IMG/VR virus record: IMGVR_UViG_3300026187_001451
Location: 1 to 51,296 of that record
DNA from: a virus
Taxonomy: Duplodnaviria > Caudoviricetes
Direction: 5' to 3' (one strand)
DNA length: 51,296 nt
Every line of letters begins with the position of its first letter. The stretch's first letter is position 1. Below are positions 1 to 9,302 of the stretch, one piece after another. The notes below the pieces were generated by a model. It was not told the origin of the DNA and did not search any database. It saw nothing but the letters and a program-made list of their open reading frames with translations. The position numbers and the translations under genes are program-made.

Positions 1-2
1 TA

Positions 3-1274
3 CTTGCATCTCTTGGTGGACAACACCTTGGTTTAAAATTTGATAGACCTGGTGTTCAACCAATTGGTGATGAAACTTGGAAATACGATACTAATGGATA
101 TCTAACTGAAGTATATAATGTATTTAGACTCCAAACTAAAAATAGTGTATTACCACTTAGAGTAGACCCACGTGGTGGATTTGACTCTACATATGGTATC
201 GGAGTAACCACATACAATAGACAACACAACTCATTCTTTACTAAGGGTCAAGATGAGCAGGATAGGTTTGCAAACTTTAGTCAAAGAACAAATCCATTTG
301 ATTTAACATTCGACCCATTCGTAAACTCATATGAAAAGACTGTAAGTTTACCAAATGGTGAGTTAACATCACAACGTGGTGAGTTTGATACCAAAACACA
401 ACAAACTCCAAACTTACTATCATCCGAAGGAAGAACTATTGGGTTTGGAAACGATATTAGTGATTACGAATCAATATCATATGGTACGATTCAGAAGATA
501 CAAGATAAGGATGCAAGTAATTACAAAGGTGACTTTAGAAATCTTAAAAAGGCAAAGTTCAATAGACTTAGTGATGTTGAAGCGGGTACTAATTATGAAG
601 AGTATAACCTTGAAAAAACATATGGTACACCTTCAACATTTAAGACCAACTTAGAACGTATTGACCCACTTAACAAGAATCGTAGAATTGATAGTGTATA
701 TGAGTCAGTTTACAATGCTAAACTACAAAATGACTTGGTACATCTATTCTTTTCATACGATAATTCTGATGGTAGTCAAAACACAGGAAAGATAATTCAA
801 TTCCGTTCTACAATTAATGGAGTTACTGAAACCTTCTCACCATCGTGGAACGGAATCAAATATCCTGGTCGTGCTGATAAAGCATATATGTATAGTGAAT
901 TCGAGAGAACACTATCATTTAACTTTAAAGCATATGCTACATCGAGAGATGAGATGAAAAATATGTGGAAGAAGTTGTCTGAACTATCTAAACTTACAAT
1001 GCCGACATATGCAGGGTCTGCTTACTCTGGGCACATTTGTTATTTTAGATTAGGTCAACTTTGGGGTAATGGTACTAAAGGTGTTCCATCATTAATAACA
1101 TCACTAACCTATACCATTCCAGATGATTTACCTTGGGATATAAATCACGATGGGAAGTTATCTGAATTACCATTAGGTGTCGATGTAAATATTGGATTAA
1201 CTATTCTCCCCGAAACTATTTATAAGAGTAGTAAGAATCACTATTCTTTCTATGAGACTAAAGGATTTCAATAA
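3..1274 (+). CDS. Baseplate/tail-tube-like structural protein, 5'-partial
   Basis: The frame of the listed 735..1274 ORF stays open back to position 3, so the gene starts before the window. The C-terminal domain (IQFRSTINGVTETFSPSW..YPGRADKAYMYSEFERTLSFNF...ITSLTYTIPDDLPWDI) resembles tube/baseplate proteins of contractile tails, and it lies directly before a LysM wedge gene. Confidence 0.6.
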   Translation, partial: LASLGGQHLGLKFDRPGVQPIGDETWKYDTNGYLTEVYNVFRLQTKNSVLPLRVDPRGGFDSTYGIGVTTYNRQHNSFFTKGQDEQDRFANFSQRTNPFDLTFDPFVNSYEKTVSLPNGELTSQRGEFDTKTQQTPNLLSSEGRTIGFGNDISDYESISYGTIQKIQDKDASNYKGDFRNLKKAKFNRLSDVEAGTNYEEYNLEKTYGTPSTFKTNLERIDPLNKNRRIDSVYESVYNAKLQNDLVHLFFSYDNSDGSQNTGKIIQFRSTINGVTETFSPSWNGIKYPGRADKAYMYSEFERTLSFNFKAYATSRDEMKNMWKKLSELSKLTMPTYAGSAYSGHICYFRLGQLWGNGTKGVPSLITSLTYTIPDDLPWDINHDGKLSELPLGVDVNIGLTILPETIYKSSKNHYSFYETKGFQ

Positions 1275-1576
1275 TGAATAGATATGATAATATAGAGGTT
1301 CAAAAAGACAAGAAGGGTCGTAGATTCAGAAAGACTACACTACTTCCTATTATAGAACCAAATGTCGATGATATCTACATCATAGGTCAAGTTGGTGATA
1401 GATTGGATAATCTTGCATTTAAATACTACCAAGATTCATCACTTTGGTGGATTATCGCAAGAGCAAATAATATTGGTAATGGTAGTCTGACTGTACCAAT
1501 TGGTATCCAATTAAGAATACCACAAAACCAATTTGAAATCATAGATGAGTATAAAGAATTAAATGGTATCGAGTAA
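1274..1576 (+). CDS. LysM-domain baseplate wedge protein (T4 gp53 / P2 gpX-like)
   Basis: GDRLDNLAFKYYQDSSLWWIIARAN...G.QLRIP is the typical phage baseplate LysM signature. Confidence 0.85.
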   Translation: MNRYDNIEVQKDKKGRRFRKTTLLPIIEPNVDDIYIIGQVGDRLDNLAFKYYQDSSLWWIIARANNIGNGSLTVPIGIQLRIPQNQFEIIDEYKELNGIE

Positions 1577-1579
1577 GTT

Positions 1580-3310
1580 ATGTCAGATATATTCAATCAA
1601 GGTGCTATGTCGTTACCACCAAATCCATTTGGTAGTAGACAACGTGCATACAAACGAAGAGCGTATGGTAGTGTAAGTGTAGTTGGTAATGACCAATTCA
1701 CGTGTTCAGGTGGTGGATTCTCTCTAACCTTTGGTGGTGATAGTGAAACTAAGTTTTCCCAAGGTGGGGCATTACAACCACGTAGTGGTGGTAGATATGT
1801 ACCCAACCCATACCTAACATCGATAACCACAAAAAACCAAGGTGGTGGTGACATAACCGATACTGCACTTTGGGAAATTGAATTTCAATATACTTGTTAT
1901 GGTACTGACCAACTAAATAAGTGTTCAAATGCATTTATGATTCCTGGTATGTTGATTGATGTGGTCATAGGGTACGACCCTGGTGACAAGTTAACGATAC
2001 CAAAAGCAAGATTATACGACTTTAGTTTTTCATACAATTCGGATGATGGTAGTTACTCGTGTACTGCAAAGTGCTTGGGTTCTAATTCAAAATCAGCAGT
2101 AGCAGGTGCTCTAAAAGTAAAACCAAGTGAAAATGGGTCTGAAATAACCGATGAGGGTGGTAAGACCATTAAGGGTTATTCCATAATTAAACAACTTCAA
2201 AACAATTGTGATAATGAGTTGAAGTTAGACCGTGATGCTGATGGTAACTTGAAAAATACAAATGTACCTTCAAGAGATGGAACTGCTAAATCAGTCGGGT
2301 CGTATGGTCTTATTAAAGGACAAAAAGACGCAGGTATGTGGGATATGTTATTTTCGGGTGGTAGTGCTGATAATATATTAGTACCAGTAGTTCAACTCAA
2401 GGAAGTGGTAGCATTCTTAGATAATCTCGTAGGTAATGTCTATGTATTTGATGCAACATACTCATCAAAATTATCAAAATTACAATCAGCAGACCCAATG
2501 GCATTTTGTTTACCAGGTTCAGCAGGTAAATATGGTGAAGGTAACGACTTTTCAAAATTAGGTGGTTCATTTGGTCAAGTGGGTGATATATGGGTATCAA
2601 TCCCCAAGTTACTACAAATTGAAGATTCCGTAATGCAGTCTAAAAAAGAAGACAATAAAGAATATACCACTAACGAGTTGTTAAATAAGGTATTTGCCGA
2701 ACTAAGTTCGTGTACTGGTGGGGCAGTTGATTGTTTTGTAGCAGAACGTGATAATAAGTTCAATATAGTCAATCGTAAGAATGATATAAAGAAGGGGACT
2801 AAGGGAACTGTAATCAAGTTATTAGACCCAAATTCACCAGTTAAGTCTTTAAGTATGTCTTCGAATATGGACCCTGATATGGCCGCAATTGCATTCGCAG
2901 GTGGCAGTGGTCCATATCCTAAATCGGTTATTGAGAGCGTATTCGCAGGTTGTAAACCAAAAGAGACCGATTCAGCAAAACCACTACCATCGCCTGAAGA
3001 AAAGTTAGCTGAAAAGATTAAAGAAATTGGTGAAAGTTACTCAGCAGAAGTTGCTCAAGATTGTAAGGGTATTCTAAAAGAGTATGTTAACCAAAATCTA
3101 ACTCAAATCTCAATGAGATATGGGATTGACCTAAGTGTTACCTTTGATGGGTGGAATGGTCCTAACTTTATGGAGAGATTTAGTGTAAGTCCTTTACCAA
3201 ACGCAGTAAGTGGTGCTGATGTCTATTACGCAGTTGGTGAAATTGAACATAAATGTGATGGTGAAACTTGGGACACTACGGTTGTCGGATATATGATGGT
3301 TAACGGATAA
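1580..3310 (+). CDS. Putative baseplate hub-like structural protein
   Basis: 576 aa and follows the LysM wedge gene. The C-terminal 'LSVTFDG...F.V..LP....Y.VGEIEHKCDGETWDTTV' resembles the end of gp27/VgrG-like hub proteins. Confidence 0.5.
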   Translation: MSDIFNQGAMSLPPNPFGSRQRAYKRRAYGSVSVVGNDQFTCSGGGFSLTFGGDSETKFSQGGALQPRSGGRYVPNPYLTSITTKNQGGGDITDTALWEIEFQYTCYGTDQLNKCSNAFMIPGMLIDVVIGYDPGDKLTIPKARLYDFSFSYNSDDGSYSCTAKCLGSNSKSAVAGALKVKPSENGSEITDEGGKTIKGYSIIKQLQNNCDNELKLDRDADGNLKNTNVPSRDGTAKSVGSYGLIKGQKDAGMWDMLFSGGSADNILVPVVQLKEVVAFLDNLVGNVYVFDATYSSKLSKLQSADPMAFCLPGSAGKYGEGNDFSKLGGSFGQVGDIWVSIPKLLQIEDSVMQSKKEDNKEYTTNELLNKVFAELSSCTGGAVDCFVAERDNKFNIVNRKNDIKKGTKGTVIKLLDPNSPVKSLSMSSNMDPDMAAIAFAGGSGPYPKSVIESVFAGCKPKETDSAKPLPSPEEKLAEKIKEIGESYSAEVAQDCKGILKEYVNQNLTQISMRYGIDLSVTFDGWNGPNFMERFSVSPLPNAVSGADVYYAVGEIEHKCDGETWDTTVVGYMMVNG

Positions 3311-3849
3311 TGAGTAGAAAAAAGATATATTACCCCGAAGGTCAAATCCAAAAAGGACTCTACACTCAAGGTGCTGAGTGGATGTTGGAAGATGGTACTG
3401 AATACATTGGTGATTACCATAGGTATATTACTGGTGAGGTGTTTACTAAATCAGCATACATCAAAAACATATCCCAAAAACTCATACCTTATGTAAACCT
3501 ATCACAAAATGACAATAGAGTAAAGTTTGAATACGATAGTCTTAGAGGTGAGGAAGTAGAATCATTTGTATTTGCAAGATATGAAAAGTCAATACCACTT
3601 CAGAGAGACTATGATAGTGGGTTTTACTATCGTTACTTTGCTAAGAGACACTTTGATGGGTTAATTACTGAAATTAGTAAAAACACATACGACCTACTCC
3701 AATCTGAACACTATAAAACATTAGAGTTGGCTTGGAAACTTAGGGGTGATGCACCTATTGTAAATCAACGACAAGTAAATACTGCCGAAAAAGACATCGA
3801 GGGTATCTCAAACTATATTACGGATTATTCTGAATTCGTTAAAGTTTAA
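3310..3849 (+). CDS. Hypothetical phage protein (tail-module associated)
   Basis: 179 aa, translationally coupled (TAATG) to the previous gene; no function recognised. Confidence 0.6.
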   Translation: MSRKKIYYPEGQIQKGLYTQGAEWMLEDGTEYIGDYHRYITGEVFTKSAYIKNISQKLIPYVNLSQNDNRVKFEYDSLRGEEVESFVFARYEKSIPLQRDYDSGFYYRYFAKRHFDGLITEISKNTYDLLQSEHYKTLELAWKLRGDAPIVNQRQVNTAEKDIEGISNYITDYSEFVKV

Positions 3850-3865
3850 CAATTTCTTAACATTA
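3840..3865 (+). repeat. 26-bp direct repeat, copy 1 (TAAAGTTTAACAATTTCTTAACATTA), containing TTAACA-N5-TTAACA
   Basis: Identical to 4254-4279; a 17-bp core recurs at 27095-27111. Confidence 0.95.
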
Positions 3866-3869
3866 TGCA

Positions 3870-3901
3870 TTTGGTAAAGTCCATATCTTTCACTATATTT
3901 A
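3870..3901 (+). promoter_or_regulatory. Bacteroidota-type promoter TTTG-N20-TATATTTA
   Basis: Resembles the -33 TTTG / -7 TAnnTTTG layout; lies 10 nt before ATG 3912. Confidence 0.75.
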
Positions 3902-3911
3902 CTATGTAATA

Positions 3912-4256
3912 ATGAGAGATATGAAAGTATTAGGAAAAAAGTACGGAATCGAAATCACGAAACCTTGGAATAAGGAAATGTATGACCACAACGACAAGGT
4001 TGCTGACTTGATGAAAGCCGAGTTAAAACTTGCTCTTGTCAAGGCATACAAGAACAAAGATGAAGAACTCCTAAGAGGGGTTGCTTCGGTGATTGAACCT
4101 TCTGGATATGGATATGGATTCGATATGGAAGGTATCTACAAAGATGCTCTGAATGGGTTGGAGATGGTTCAAAACTATTGGTTGAACGAAGAATATCCTT
4201 ATGGAGTAGAGAAAGGTATCGTTCCTTCAGTTGAACTTGAGTTTATTGGTTACTAA
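3912..4256 (+). CDS. Hypothetical early-type protein
   Basis: 114 aa ORF with its own promoter; no recognised domain. Confidence 0.65.
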   Translation: MRDMKVLGKKYGIEITKPWNKEMYDHNDKVADLMKAELKLALVKAYKNKDEELLRGVASVIEPSGYGYGFDMEGIYKDALNGLEMVQNYWLNEEYPYGVEKGIVPSVELEFIGY

Positions 4257-4279
4257 AGTTTAACAATTTCTTAACATTA
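4254..4279 (+). repeat. 26-bp direct repeat, copy 2, containing TTAACA-N5-TTAACA
   Basis: Identical to 3840-3865. Confidence 0.95.
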
Positions 4280-4283
4280 AAGG

Positions 4284-4315
4284 TTTGGTGGTTTCCTAAA
4301 TAATCACTATATTAG
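4284..4315 (+). promoter_or_regulatory. Bacteroidota-type promoter TTTG-N20-TATATTAG
   Basis: Same motif and spacing as the other copies; upstream of 4359. Confidence 0.75.
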
Positions 4316-4358
4316 TAGTGTAAGAGTGAGAAAGTTAAATCAAATTAAAAAGTAAAAA

Positions 4359-4631
4359 ATGACTTATCAAGAATTAAATCAGTTGAGTATCGAACAATTA
4401 CGAATGTTAAACACCAAAGTAATTGAAGTGATTAAGATGAAACAAAGTGAAGCTGCGATGGACATCAAAGAAGAACTTTACATTGGTGCTAATGTGAGTG
4501 TTAATCACCCAAAGTTGATGGGTAAACAACTACGAGTTGAGAAAATCAACCGAACCAAAGCCAAACTCAAACTTTTGAATGGTGGTGGTTTTTGGAATGT
4601 TCCATTAAGTATGATTGAGTTAAACAAATAA
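4359..4631 (+). CDS. Hypothetical protein (possible SH3/KOW-like C-terminal half)
   Basis: 90 aa; LYIGANVSV...RVEKINRTKAKL...WNVPLSMI has a small beta-barrel pattern. Confidence 0.6.
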   Translation: MTYQELNQLSIEQLRMLNTKVIEVIKMKQSEAAMDIKEELYIGANVSVNHPKLMGKQLRVEKINRTKAKLKLLNGGGFWNVPLSMIELNK

Positions 4632-4634
4632 GAT

Positions 4635-4850
4635 ATGATAGTTCAGAAACCAAAAAGTGAAGGTATCACAATTGACCTAACGGGTCCTCAAGGGAATGCA
4701 TTTTTCCTTATTGGGACTGCTACTAAACTCGCTCGACAACTTGATTTGAATGAGTATGAAGTTTTGAATGAAATGAAGAGTGGTGATTACGAAAACCTTC
4801 TTCAAGTGTTTGACCGATACTTCGGTTCATTTGTAACTCTTTATCGTTAA
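4635..4850 (+). CDS. Conserved phage hypothetical protein
   Basis: IDLTGPQGNAF...MKSGDYENLL motif, which I recall from many phages; function unknown. Confidence 0.7.
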   Translation: MIVQKPKSEGITIDLTGPQGNAFFLIGTATKLARQLDLNEYEVLNEMKSGDYENLLQVFDRYFGSFVTLYR

Positions 4851-4853
4851 GAT

Positions 4854-5036
4854 ATGACACGAGTGGAAAACGAACAATGGCTCAAAATGGCCAATCAACT
4901 CCAACATAAGGGGTTAAACCCCCAAGAGTGGGGGGTTATGGTTGAACTTCGTAAAAAGATGTTGATTAGCAAGGGTAAGAATCCAAACCATTACGACTTA
5001 GGTTCAACACGATGTTCTAAAAAGTTTGGATACTAA
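4854..5036 (+). CDS. Hypothetical protein
   Basis: 60 aa ORF tightly packed in the operon. Confidence 0.5.
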   Translation: MTRVENEQWLKMANQLQHKGLNPQEWGVMVELRKKMLISKGKNPNHYDLGSTRCSKKFGY

Positions 5037-5056
5037 CGAATAATTTCGTATATTAC
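5025..5056 (+). promoter_or_regulatory. Promoter TTTG-N20-TATATTAC
   Basis: Motif copy immediately upstream of the PolA-like gene. Confidence 0.7.
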
Positions 5057-5061
5057 CCTTT

Positions 5062-6285
5062 GTGAAGATAGTAGATACAAACGAAAGATTACATAAACGC
5101 ATTTCTTCCTTGTCAAGTAAGGTGTTGGTGTTTCCCATTCTAACAAGTTTGGAGAAACACCCTCATCTTTCAAGGATATCGGGTATTATCATATCAGATG
5201 GTGATACTGACCTCTTTGTGAATTATAACAACATAGATGCAAGTTGTGTAACTGACCCCATAGACTTCAGTTTGTTCGAAGAGGTGTGTGTAGTGGGTTT
5301 AAAGGAGTTCTTACACCACTACGACTTCCTACCTAATATGTTTGACCTTGAGATGGAGTTATTCCATCAGGCACGAGATTTCGAGGTAGATGAGAAACCT
5401 ATATATACAATCTTTAGAAGAAGAAAAGCACCTAAAGCAAATGACCTCATTCCAATTTGGAAACACTACGAACAATTCCAATCGTGGAAATCTATATGGT
5501 CTGATTTGACCCCAAGTAAGTTTAGTCAATTGTATCCAACTGGATTGCAGTGGATGGAGAGTAGTGGGTTACATACTGATAATGGTATGGAATATACCCA
5601 ATACAATATGTTGACCACAACTTCACGACCATCCAATACCTTTGGTGGTGTGAACTATGCCGCCCTACCAAAAGATGGTGAGGTTCGTAAGAGGTTCATA
5701 TCACGATTTGAAGGTGGTAAGTTGTATCAGTTAGATTTCGATGGGTATCACATTCGTTTGATTGGTAAATTGATAGGTGTAGACATACCATTAGACATCA
5801 AAGCACATAAGTGGTTGGCAGACCAATACGGAGCAGACCTCAAGGATGCAAAAGCAATTACATTCCGACAATTATATGGTGGGGTGCAGGATGAATACAA
5901 ACATATTCCATTCTTCAGTAAAACCGCTCAGTATATAGAGACATTGTGGGGTGAATTTACACGAAATGGTGAGGTTCATACACCACTATTGAAGAGAAAA
6001 CTTACTTTTGATAAAGATTTAAACAAAAACAAGGTATTTAACTACATTCTTCAGTCCGTTGAGACCGAACGAAACATACTTATATTGGAGAAACTATCTA
6101 AAATGATATCTTCTCGTAAGTCCTTACCCATCCTCTACACATATGACTCGATTTTATTTGATGTCCACCCCGAAGATGGCAATGAACTTATATTTGAAAT
6201 AAAGAAAGTAATGGAGTCCGATGGGTTTCCAACGGATGTAGAAATTGGTGATAATTATAAAGATATGGTTAAGGTCGAATTATAG
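5062..6285 (+). CDS. Short family A DNA polymerase-like protein
   Basis: TTTSRPSN (TGRLSS-like), motif A QLDFDGYHIRL, motif B AKAITFRQLYG, NYILQS and motif C LYTYDSILFD; only 407 aa; GTG start. Confidence 0.8.
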   Translation: MKIVDTNERLHKRISSLSSKVLVFPILTSLEKHPHLSRISGIIISDGDTDLFVNYNNIDASCVTDPIDFSLFEEVCVVGLKEFLHHYDFLPNMFDLEMELFHQARDFEVDEKPIYTIFRRRKAPKANDLIPIWKHYEQFQSWKSIWSDLTPSKFSQLYPTGLQWMESSGLHTDNGMEYTQYNMLTTTSRPSNTFGGVNYAALPKDGEVRKRFISRFEGGKLYQLDFDGYHIRLIGKLIGVDIPLDIKAHKWLADQYGADLKDAKAITFRQLYGGVQDEYKHIPFFSKTAQYIETLWGEFTRNGEVHTPLLKRKLTFDKDLNKNKVFNYILQSVETERNILILEKLSKMISSRKSLPILYTYDSILFDVHPEDGNELIFEIKKVMESDGFPTDVEIGDNYKDMVKVEL

Positions 6286-6291
6286 ATATTT

Positions 6292-7998
6292 ATGGTTATG
6301 AAGAAACTTATCAATTACATAGCACAGCAAGTGTGGAACGAAGTGGGTGTAACTCTAAACGAGGGTATCACCAACGAAGAGTCGTTGAAAGCTACTTATA
6401 AGGTAGTTTCAGAAATCATAGGTGAAGAATTTGCCGAAGAGTTAATCAAGAACTTATTGGAAGCCGAGGAAGAAGACAAAAAAGTTGATTCCAAGAAAGA
6501 TGATACTTCGGAGGAGCCGGTTGAGGATGAGCCAGACTTCGACTCAGATGACCAAAAGAGTATGATGACTCAAGCAGAGAGGGATGCTCTTAATGAAGCA
6601 AGTTTCTTAGACCCAAAATACAAACCAGGTCATCAGATTATTGTGGCAACACCACCACCATTTGCTAAAAAACTCAAAAAGGGTGATGTTCTTACTATTG
6701 TAACTGACAAACCAGGTGAGCCTGATTATGGAGATGGTGAGTATGAAAAAACACTACAATTTCCAGATGGAACTGAATTTAAAGTAGCATCGAAAAATAC
6801 AGGATACGCATCTTCTTACTTCACTCACTTAAAATCCGGCAAAGCAATGCCAAGTGGTGAGGATTGGGAATCTCTAATCATTGTGGCATACAACAATACA
6901 TTCGAAGGATACGAGTGGGAACGTGCAGAGAAGTTTTGGGCAGATTATGGTAATGATGCAAGAAAGATTGCTGACTCCTTCAAGAAAGAAATTAAATCCA
7001 AATCACTATCTCAGTTAGGTGCATCAACTGCACCACTAAACTCAGATTGGGGTGGTTCTAATAAAACACCAAAGACTGACATTTTAGGTGATAGTGATGA
7101 GAGAATCTCATTAAAAAAAGCAGGTGGGTCACAACTAATGAGTGGTGGTCAAGAGGAAGCACTTGCGACCTTTGATGCAGCAATGAAAATGGTAGGTGAG
7201 AACAAACCAAAGATTTTGGATTCATTCTTAAACACCTTAGAAGATAAAATGGGTAGGATGAGTCAAAAAGGTACGATTTCAGCACTTGAAGCACTAAGAG
7301 ACAGTGGTGAAAAACTAACACCCGAACAAGAAACTGCAATTGCAGAAATGCAGCAGCTACAACTCAATGCTCAAGAAATAAATAAAGATATGTCTTTGGT
7401 ATTTAAAGATATATACTTTAAGTCGTGTTTTTGTTTTGAAGCAGCAACTGGTACTAATAAGTTTGCAGACAAAAATGCAATTGCAAACGAACTAATCGAG
7501 TTCAACCCAGGTAATGGTAAGATTACGGCACACTTACCTATGAAGAAGATTGAAGATGCAAAACCATTGGCACAATCTAACTCATTCTATGTATCATTCA
7601 AAACAGGTGGGGGTGGTTCTAAACCATACCTTGCTTTGAGAACTAAGAAGATGAGTAAGAAGCAGATGTTGGGTGAAGAAGTAGAATCATTCAGAGACAT
7701 TGTAGTTGAGGAATTTTCAAAATCGGATTATGGTATGAGTATGTTGAACGAAGCAAACGAACAACAACTTAACGAATTCCAAATATTCAATAAATTGTCT
7801 AAGGGTCTCAAAAATGTGTCTTCTAAGATAAAGTCACAAGCAAAGAAAATCTTGGACGCAATATTAAAAAGAATCAAGCAAGCATTTGATGCGATAAAGA
7901 AATTGGGTCGTAGTATGTTTGATGGAATTATGCACTTCTTGGGTATGGAAGTGTCTTCGGTGAAAATTTCATCTGGTGGTCAATTCCCATTAGTGTAG
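6292..7998 (+). CDS. Hypothetical protein with PD-(D/E)XK-like nuclease motif; possible virion-internal protein
   Basis: TPKTDI...RISLKK motif, acidic low-complexity N-terminus and several L-x-E sites. The start may be ATG 6298. Confidence 0.5.
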   Translation: MVMKKLINYIAQQVWNEVGVTLNEGITNEESLKATYKVVSEIIGEEFAEELIKNLLEAEEEDKKVDSKKDDTSEEPVEDEPDFDSDDQKSMMTQAERDALNEASFLDPKYKPGHQIIVATPPPFAKKLKKGDVLTIVTDKPGEPDYGDGEYEKTLQFPDGTEFKVASKNTGYASSYFTHLKSGKAMPSGEDWESLIIVAYNNTFEGYEWERAEKFWADYGNDARKIADSFKKEIKSKSLSQLGASTAPLNSDWGGSNKTPKTDILGDSDERISLKKAGGSQLMSGGQEEALATFDAAMKMVGENKPKILDSFLNTLEDKMGRMSQKGTISALEALRDSGEKLTPEQETAIAEMQQLQLNAQEINKDMSLVFKDIYFKSCFCFEAATGTNKFADKNAIANELIEFNPGNGKITAHLPMKKIEDAKPLAQSNSFYVSFKTGGGGSKPYLALRTKKMSKKQMLGEEVESFRDIVVEEFSKSDYGMSMLNEANEQQLNEFQIFNKLSKGLKNVSSKIKSQAKKILDAILKRIKQAFDAIKKLGRSMFDGIMHFLGMEVSSVKISSGGQFPLV

Positions 7999-8008
7999 GA
8001 GATAATGA

Positions 8009-8395
8009 GTGAGAACGCAGTTATTATGTACGTTCACCAACGAAGGTGAATTTGAAAATATAGTAGATACAATATTGAAGACTTTTGATTTATTCAGTCG
8101 TAAGATATTCGTATTGAAGTTACAACCATCGAATGAGTTGGTAGTTAGTTATAACATCATACCTAACTCATCATCGTTCTTACCATCTACCATTATGGTG
8201 CATAGAAAGAAAGAGTCCAACACGATGTATACAATCAATGCTTTGAATAGATTGATTACTACTGAAAATGGTGGAGTATTAGATAAGTCATTCCAAGTAA
8301 ATTGGGATAAATATAGAAATTCAGTTATACTAACCGATGGGGATGGGTATAAGATAATGAGGACAAGTTTATTCCGAATTATCGATGTTAATTAA
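8009..8395 (+). CDS. Conserved hypothetical protein
   Basis: 128 aa, GTG start preceded by AGGAG; TQLLCTF...VHRKKESNTMYTINALN; no function recognised. Confidence 0.7.
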   Translation: MRTQLLCTFTNEGEFENIVDTILKTFDLFSRKIFVLKLQPSNELVVSYNIIPNSSSFLPSTIMVHRKKESNTMYTINALNRLITTENGGVLDKSFQVNWDKYRNSVILTDGDGYKIMRTSLFRIIDVN

Positions 8396-8465
8396 CTTTA
8401 GCAGCCTATTTATATACACGTAGTTTGACTACAAAATAAAAAATAAAAAAATATTTTGAAATACA

Positions 8466-8497
8466 TTTGGAGTTGTCACCCAAATGTTGTATATTAG
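8466..8497 (+). promoter_or_regulatory. Promoter TTTG-N20-TATATTAG
   Basis: Intergenic, preceded by an A-rich tract; upstream of the SSB gene. Confidence 0.75.
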
Positions 8498-8535
8498 TGA
8501 CATAGTTAACAATTAATAATTAAAAAGGAACAATT

Positions 8536-9297
8536 ATGGCTATTGATTTAGACGCAATCCGCAACCGTTTGAATACACTTCAAACAAAAGTAACAAAGAC
8601 TGATAATCTTTGGAAACCTCAACCTGGCAAACAACAAATCCGTATTTTGCCTTACGTTCACAACACTTCAAATCCGTTTATCGAACTTTACTTCCACTTT
8701 GGATTTGGTGGTAAGAATGTTATCTCACCATCTTCATTTGGTGAAGCAGACCCATTATTAGAATTTGCTGAGAAGTTGAAAGCAACTGGAAATCGTGATG
8801 ATTACCAATTGTCTCGTAAACTCACTCCTAAGATGAGAACATACGTTCCAGTATTGGTACGTGGTGAAGAGTCTGAGGGTGTAAAGTTTTGGGGATTTGG
8901 TAAGAACGTTTACCAAGAACTATTAGGATTCTTTGCAGACCCAGATTATGGTGATTTGACTGACCCAGTAAATGGTCGTGATATCACAGTAGAATTCAAA
9001 ACCGCTGCTGAATTAGGTAAATCTTATCCTGAGACTTACATTCGTGTTAAACCAAACACAACTCCAATCTCAGAAGATTCTAACATTCTTTCGGCAGTTA
9101 AAGACCAAATCGAACTTCCAGGTATGTTCAAGAAAGTAACATATGAAGAAATGGAAGGTATGTTGAAAGAGTGGTTGGAAACTGGTGAAGTATCAGACTC
9201 TAACGACCAACCAGTTGCTGAGACATCTCAACCAACTCAAGCAACTTCTCCTGCATCCAATGTAAAGGATGCATTCGATGACCTATTTAACGACTAA
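8536..9297 (+). CDS. Single-stranded DNA-binding protein (T4 gp32-like)
   Basis: WKP..GKQQIRILP, GVKFWGFGK.VYQEL, D.TDP..GRD, and an acidic FDDLF tail. Confidence 0.85.
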   Translation: MAIDLDAIRNRLNTLQTKVTKTDNLWKPQPGKQQIRILPYVHNTSNPFIELYFHFGFGGKNVISPSSFGEADPLLEFAEKLKATGNRDDYQLSRKLTPKMRTYVPVLVRGEESEGVKFWGFGKNVYQELLGFFADPDYGDLTDPVNGRDITVEFKTAAELGKSYPETYIRVKPNTTPISEDSNILSAVKDQIELPGMFKKVTYEEMEGMLKEWLETGEVSDSNDQPVAETSQPTQATSPASNVKDAFDDLFND

Positions 9298-9302
9298 TTA
9301 GT

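Noticed and set aside
376-654. 92-aa + strand ORF in the track
   Set aside because: It lies inside the longer open frame 3..1274 in another frame; a shadow ORF.
3840-4279. CRISPR mini-array interpretation of the 26-bp repeats
   Set aside because: The repeats are separated by a whole gene, are not palindromic and abut promoters.
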